IMG/VR virus record: IMGVR_UViG_3300031519_000019
Span: 6,921 to 70,920 of that record
DNA: 64,000 nt
Origin: a virus
Lineage: Duplodnaviria > Caudoviricetes
Strand: one strand, 5' to 3'
The notes beneath the pieces were generated by a model. That model was not told the DNA's origin. It made no database searches and saw only the letters and a program-made list of their open reading frames with translations. The translations under genes were made by a program, and so were the position numbers. This document shows positions 61,592 to 64,000 of the stretch, one piece after another; positions within the stretch are counted from its first letter, which is position 1; each line of letters starts with the position of its first letter.

Positions 61592-62129
61592 CTGTAGCAG
61601 TCTTCTTAACTGCTACTTTTTTAGTCAATCGATCTGCATCACTACGATATTTTGCAGCAATCATTTCATCAGTTAAAATACCATCAACTGGTGCTACTGG
61701 TTCGACAACTTGGGCAGGTTGTGTAGATTGTTTAGGTTGTGCTCTGCCTTTAATAGCAAGATCGCCTATGGTAATACCTTGTTGACCTGCAATTACTTCA
61801 TTTAACTGACTAAGCAAAATAGTAGTGTTAGTATTTGGAATCATCTCAACTAAGTTTGTAGCCATTTTAACCATTTTACCAGTAGTATGGAAACGTGCTA
61901 ACATATTAGATCCATCTGACAACGATGTACGCATCATTGCATCTGCAAGTTCATTGGCCTCTTGACCAGCTGGTGATTCAACAAGTTTGATTAATGAATC
62001 ATGATCGGCTGCATCTAAATTTTCAGTAGTAACAACGATGCAGTTTTCTGGTTCACCGGGTACTACTCTATATGCTACAACTACTCTGCGTTTATTATTA
62101 ACTAAACGTCCTACATGTTTTAATGACAT
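61584..62129 (-). CDS. Hypothetical protein (181 aa)
   Basis: GGAGC RBS region, overlap-coupled, phage-like codon usage. Confidence 0.7.
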   Translation of the reverse strand: MSLKHVGRLVNNKRRVVVAYRVVPGEPENCIVVTTENLDAADHDSLIKLVESPAGQEANELADAMMRTSLSDGSNMLARFHTTGKMVKMATNLVEMIPNTNTTILLSQLNEVIAGQQGITIGDLAIKGRAQPKQSTQPAQVVEPVAPVDGILTDEMIAAKYRSDADRLTKKVAVKKTATGA

Positions 62130-62130
62130 G

Positions 62131-62355
62131 TTATGCTCCTTTTGGTGGATTTGTATTTTGTGCTGCTACTGCGCTTAAAAATGCTTCAAGTTTTGAATAA
62201 GTTTGACCAACAGTCATCATCTCATTAGGCTTAAATGCACCGCGTTGACTTGCAACATCAATAATGCTCTTAATTGATTGTAAATCTTGTACAGTAAGAT
62301 CAGGCCCTGAAGTTTGTTCTACTGATTCTTGTACTGCTTCTTTTTTGTCGCTCAT
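62131..62355 (-). CDS. Small hypothetical protein (74 aa)
   Basis: AAGGAGA RBS; IIDVASQRGAFKPNEM...YSKLEAFL helical motif. Confidence 0.7.
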   Translation of the reverse strand: MSDKKEAVQESVEQTSGPDLTVQDLQSIKSIIDVASQRGAFKPNEMMTVGQTYSKLEAFLSAVAAQNTNPPKGA

Positions 62356-62391
62356 AAATTTCTCCTTGTATATTATATATGCGAATATTGA

Positions 62392-62673
62392 TTAGTTATA
62401 CTTTAAATGTGGACAAGCTAACATAAAGTAACTCATGTCTCGATTTTCTTCAAATCCTACAGTAATTACTTGTATCAATTTATTTTCTGAATCTATACTA
62501 ACATTTTTACCAATATAAAACCTGTGCCGCAAATTTGCTTCAATCCATTTAACAAGACTTTGTTCAAGGTTATATTTTATCGGTATATTAACATATTCAA
62601 AGTGAGGCGGCGCCGACTTGACTTGCCTTACTTTAAATACGTTTAATGGGTTCGGAATTCCTTTTTTAATCAT
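62392..62673 (-). CDS. Hypothetical protein (93 aa)
   Basis: ATGA overlap with the upstream vWA gene. Confidence 0.65.
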   Translation of the reverse strand: MIKKGIPNPLNVFKVRQVKSAPPHFEYVNIPIKYNLEQSLVKWIEANLRHRFYIGKNVSIDSENKLIQVITVGFEENRDMSYFMLACPHLKYN

Positions 62674-63977
62674 TTACTTTCTTCATAATGGGCAGTTATT
62701 CCAAACGGCGCTTCTAAGTTTTTATTAGAGTGGCTATGGATAATAAACACAGTGTCGCAATAGTCTGCATCTCCCCAACTACTCCAAGGGTATCCATCTG
62801 TAAACATAATAAACTTCTTAGGCTGGATATCATTGTACTTCATGTACGACCAGTTAGCATCAAAGTCAGTGCCGCCACCGCCTTGGATGTCGTAGTCTAA
62901 TAAATCATCTCCACCGTCTGCACTAAAGTCTTGTTCGTTATATACCTTAGTATCAAAGCACCACAATTTAATATTGTAGTCTTTGTACTCGTCCATAATA
63001 CCTTTGATTTCACTCAGGAAATCTTTTGCCTGATCGTCACCAATTGACCCGCTCATATCAAGTGCAATACAAATATCAATCGTTTCGTCAAAGTCCATAC
63101 CTGGCAAAATAGCACCGCTCATTTGTCCTTTGCGGCTTGGACGACTAAACGTGTAATCATTACGAATAGTGCTCTGGATTTGCTGACGCAACAATTCACG
63201 CCAGTTCATTTTAGGCTCAGTAAGCTCTTTGATCATACGCTGGACCTCGCCAGGAGTATTACCTGCACCTGCTGACTGTGCAGCCGACAACATACTTTCT
63301 TTGATCTCGTCTTTGATTTGTTTTAGTTCTTCGTCAGTAAATTTAGGCTTGCTTTTGCTAGTACCGTGTCCGTTACTATCCTTGCCTTCTCCGTTAGTAC
63401 CGTCACCGTCTTCGCTATCACCGTCAAGGTGCTCGTCTAGCATTTCGCCTAGTTGTTTTAAATACTCTTCACCGTTCTTTTCAGCATCTTTAAACAGTTC
63501 GTCGTATACTTCTTCACTAGTCCAGCTATCGTATTTAAAATCTTGGTAGCAGTCTACAATCTTAGGCTTATGGCCGATGCGATCACGTACAAGTAAATTA
63601 TTTACAATGTAATCAGCGGCAATGTTATATAGTCGAGGATTGCGTTCTTCACGTCGCCCCAAGTGATCAAATACACAATGCAGAACTTCATGTGCAACGA
63701 CGAACTCAATTTCTTTATTATCCATTGCATTAAAAAATTGAGTATTGTAATATAAGTTGCGTCCGTCTACAGCGGCAGTAGGCAACCAATCATCTGCTGC
63801 CAAAATGCGCAAACGTGTAGCCATGTTACCAAAGAACGGGTGACGCAACAGTAGACCTACTCGTGCAACAATAATACGATCATACACTTCGACTCGCATT
63901 TCTTCTAATTGTTCTGGAGTAATATCTGGGTTAGGTTGCCAGTTTTTAAGTTTACTTGCAGTTTTTTTAGTAGACAT
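62670..63977 (-). CDS. Putative metallopeptidase (HExxH) + vWA-domain protein
   Basis: TAAVDG...FVVAHEVLHC...YNIAADYIVN; C-terminal IALDMSGSI (MIDAS DxSxS), GGGGTDF, FIMFTDGY. Confidence 0.82.
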   Translation of the reverse strand: MSTKKTASKLKNWQPNPDITPEQLEEMRVEVYDRIIVARVGLLLRHPFFGNMATRLRILAADDWLPTAAVDGRNLYYNTQFFNAMDNKEIEFVVAHEVLHCVFDHLGRREERNPRLYNIAADYIVNNLLVRDRIGHKPKIVDCYQDFKYDSWTSEEVYDELFKDAEKNGEEYLKQLGEMLDEHLDGDSEDGDGTNGEGKDSNGHGTSKSKPKFTDEELKQIKDEIKESMLSAAQSAGAGNTPGEVQRMIKELTEPKMNWRELLRQQIQSTIRNDYTFSRPSRKGQMSGAILPGMDFDETIDICIALDMSGSIGDDQAKDFLSEIKGIMDEYKDYNIKLWCFDTKVYNEQDFSADGGDDLLDYDIQGGGGTDFDANWSYMKYNDIQPKKFIMFTDGYPWSSWGDADYCDTVFIIHSHSNKNLEAPFGITAHYEESK

Positions 63978-64000
63978 TTGCTCACCTTTTTGTTAACTTA

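Noticed and set aside
170-63549. About 45 short ORFs in the track nested in or antisense to long genes (e.g. 170-496, 14581-14901, 21232-21705, 27961-28329, 43471-43875, 63229-63549)
   Set aside because: Fully overlapped by well-supported genes; no RBS or promoter and no motifs; typical shadow ORFs
1-64000. tRNA, rRNA, CRISPR arrays, IS/transposases, introns/inteins
   Set aside because: Intergenic gaps are almost all under 80 nt, with no cloverleaf, repeat-spacer, LAGLIDADG/HNH or intein motifs noticed by eye; tRNAscan/Infernal not run

Overview
The whole window is part of a large, AT-rich, T4-like (contractile-tail) bacteriophage genome. There is no cellular housekeeping gene, rRNA, tRNA, CRISPR array or transposase that I can support. 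It has three blocks. (1) ~1-29.8 kb, + strand, virion module: gp5-like spike (open at the left edge, C-terminal lysozyme-like domain), gp25, gp6, a 5124-aa baseplate/adhesin protein, three paralogous tail-fibre proteins and a paralogous pair of structural proteins. (2) ~29.9-60.0 kb, an unusually dense tailoring-enzyme island with no recognisable scaffold synthase. It holds 8 radical SAM proteins (5 with an N-terminal twitch-type Cys cluster, 1 with a B12-binding-like N-terminus), about 10 HxD...H Fe(II)/2OG-type oxygenases, 3 GT-A glycosyltransferase genes, 3 SGNH-like proteins, a methyltransferase, a nitroreductase fusion, GNAT-like proteins, a membrane desaturase, a PP-loop enzyme and a panD / GNAT-like / ATP-grasp operon. 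(3) 60-64 kb, - strand: an orphan fibre-like gene, conserved hypotheticals and a HExxH/vWA protein. Readable regulatory signals include near-consensus sigma70 promoters, T4-late-like TAA(A/G)TA boxes often 4-5 nt before an ATG (leaderless), and a Shine-Dalgarno-sequestering hairpin with a late-promoter box in its loop. All family calls come from motif recognition by eye; no database search was run.
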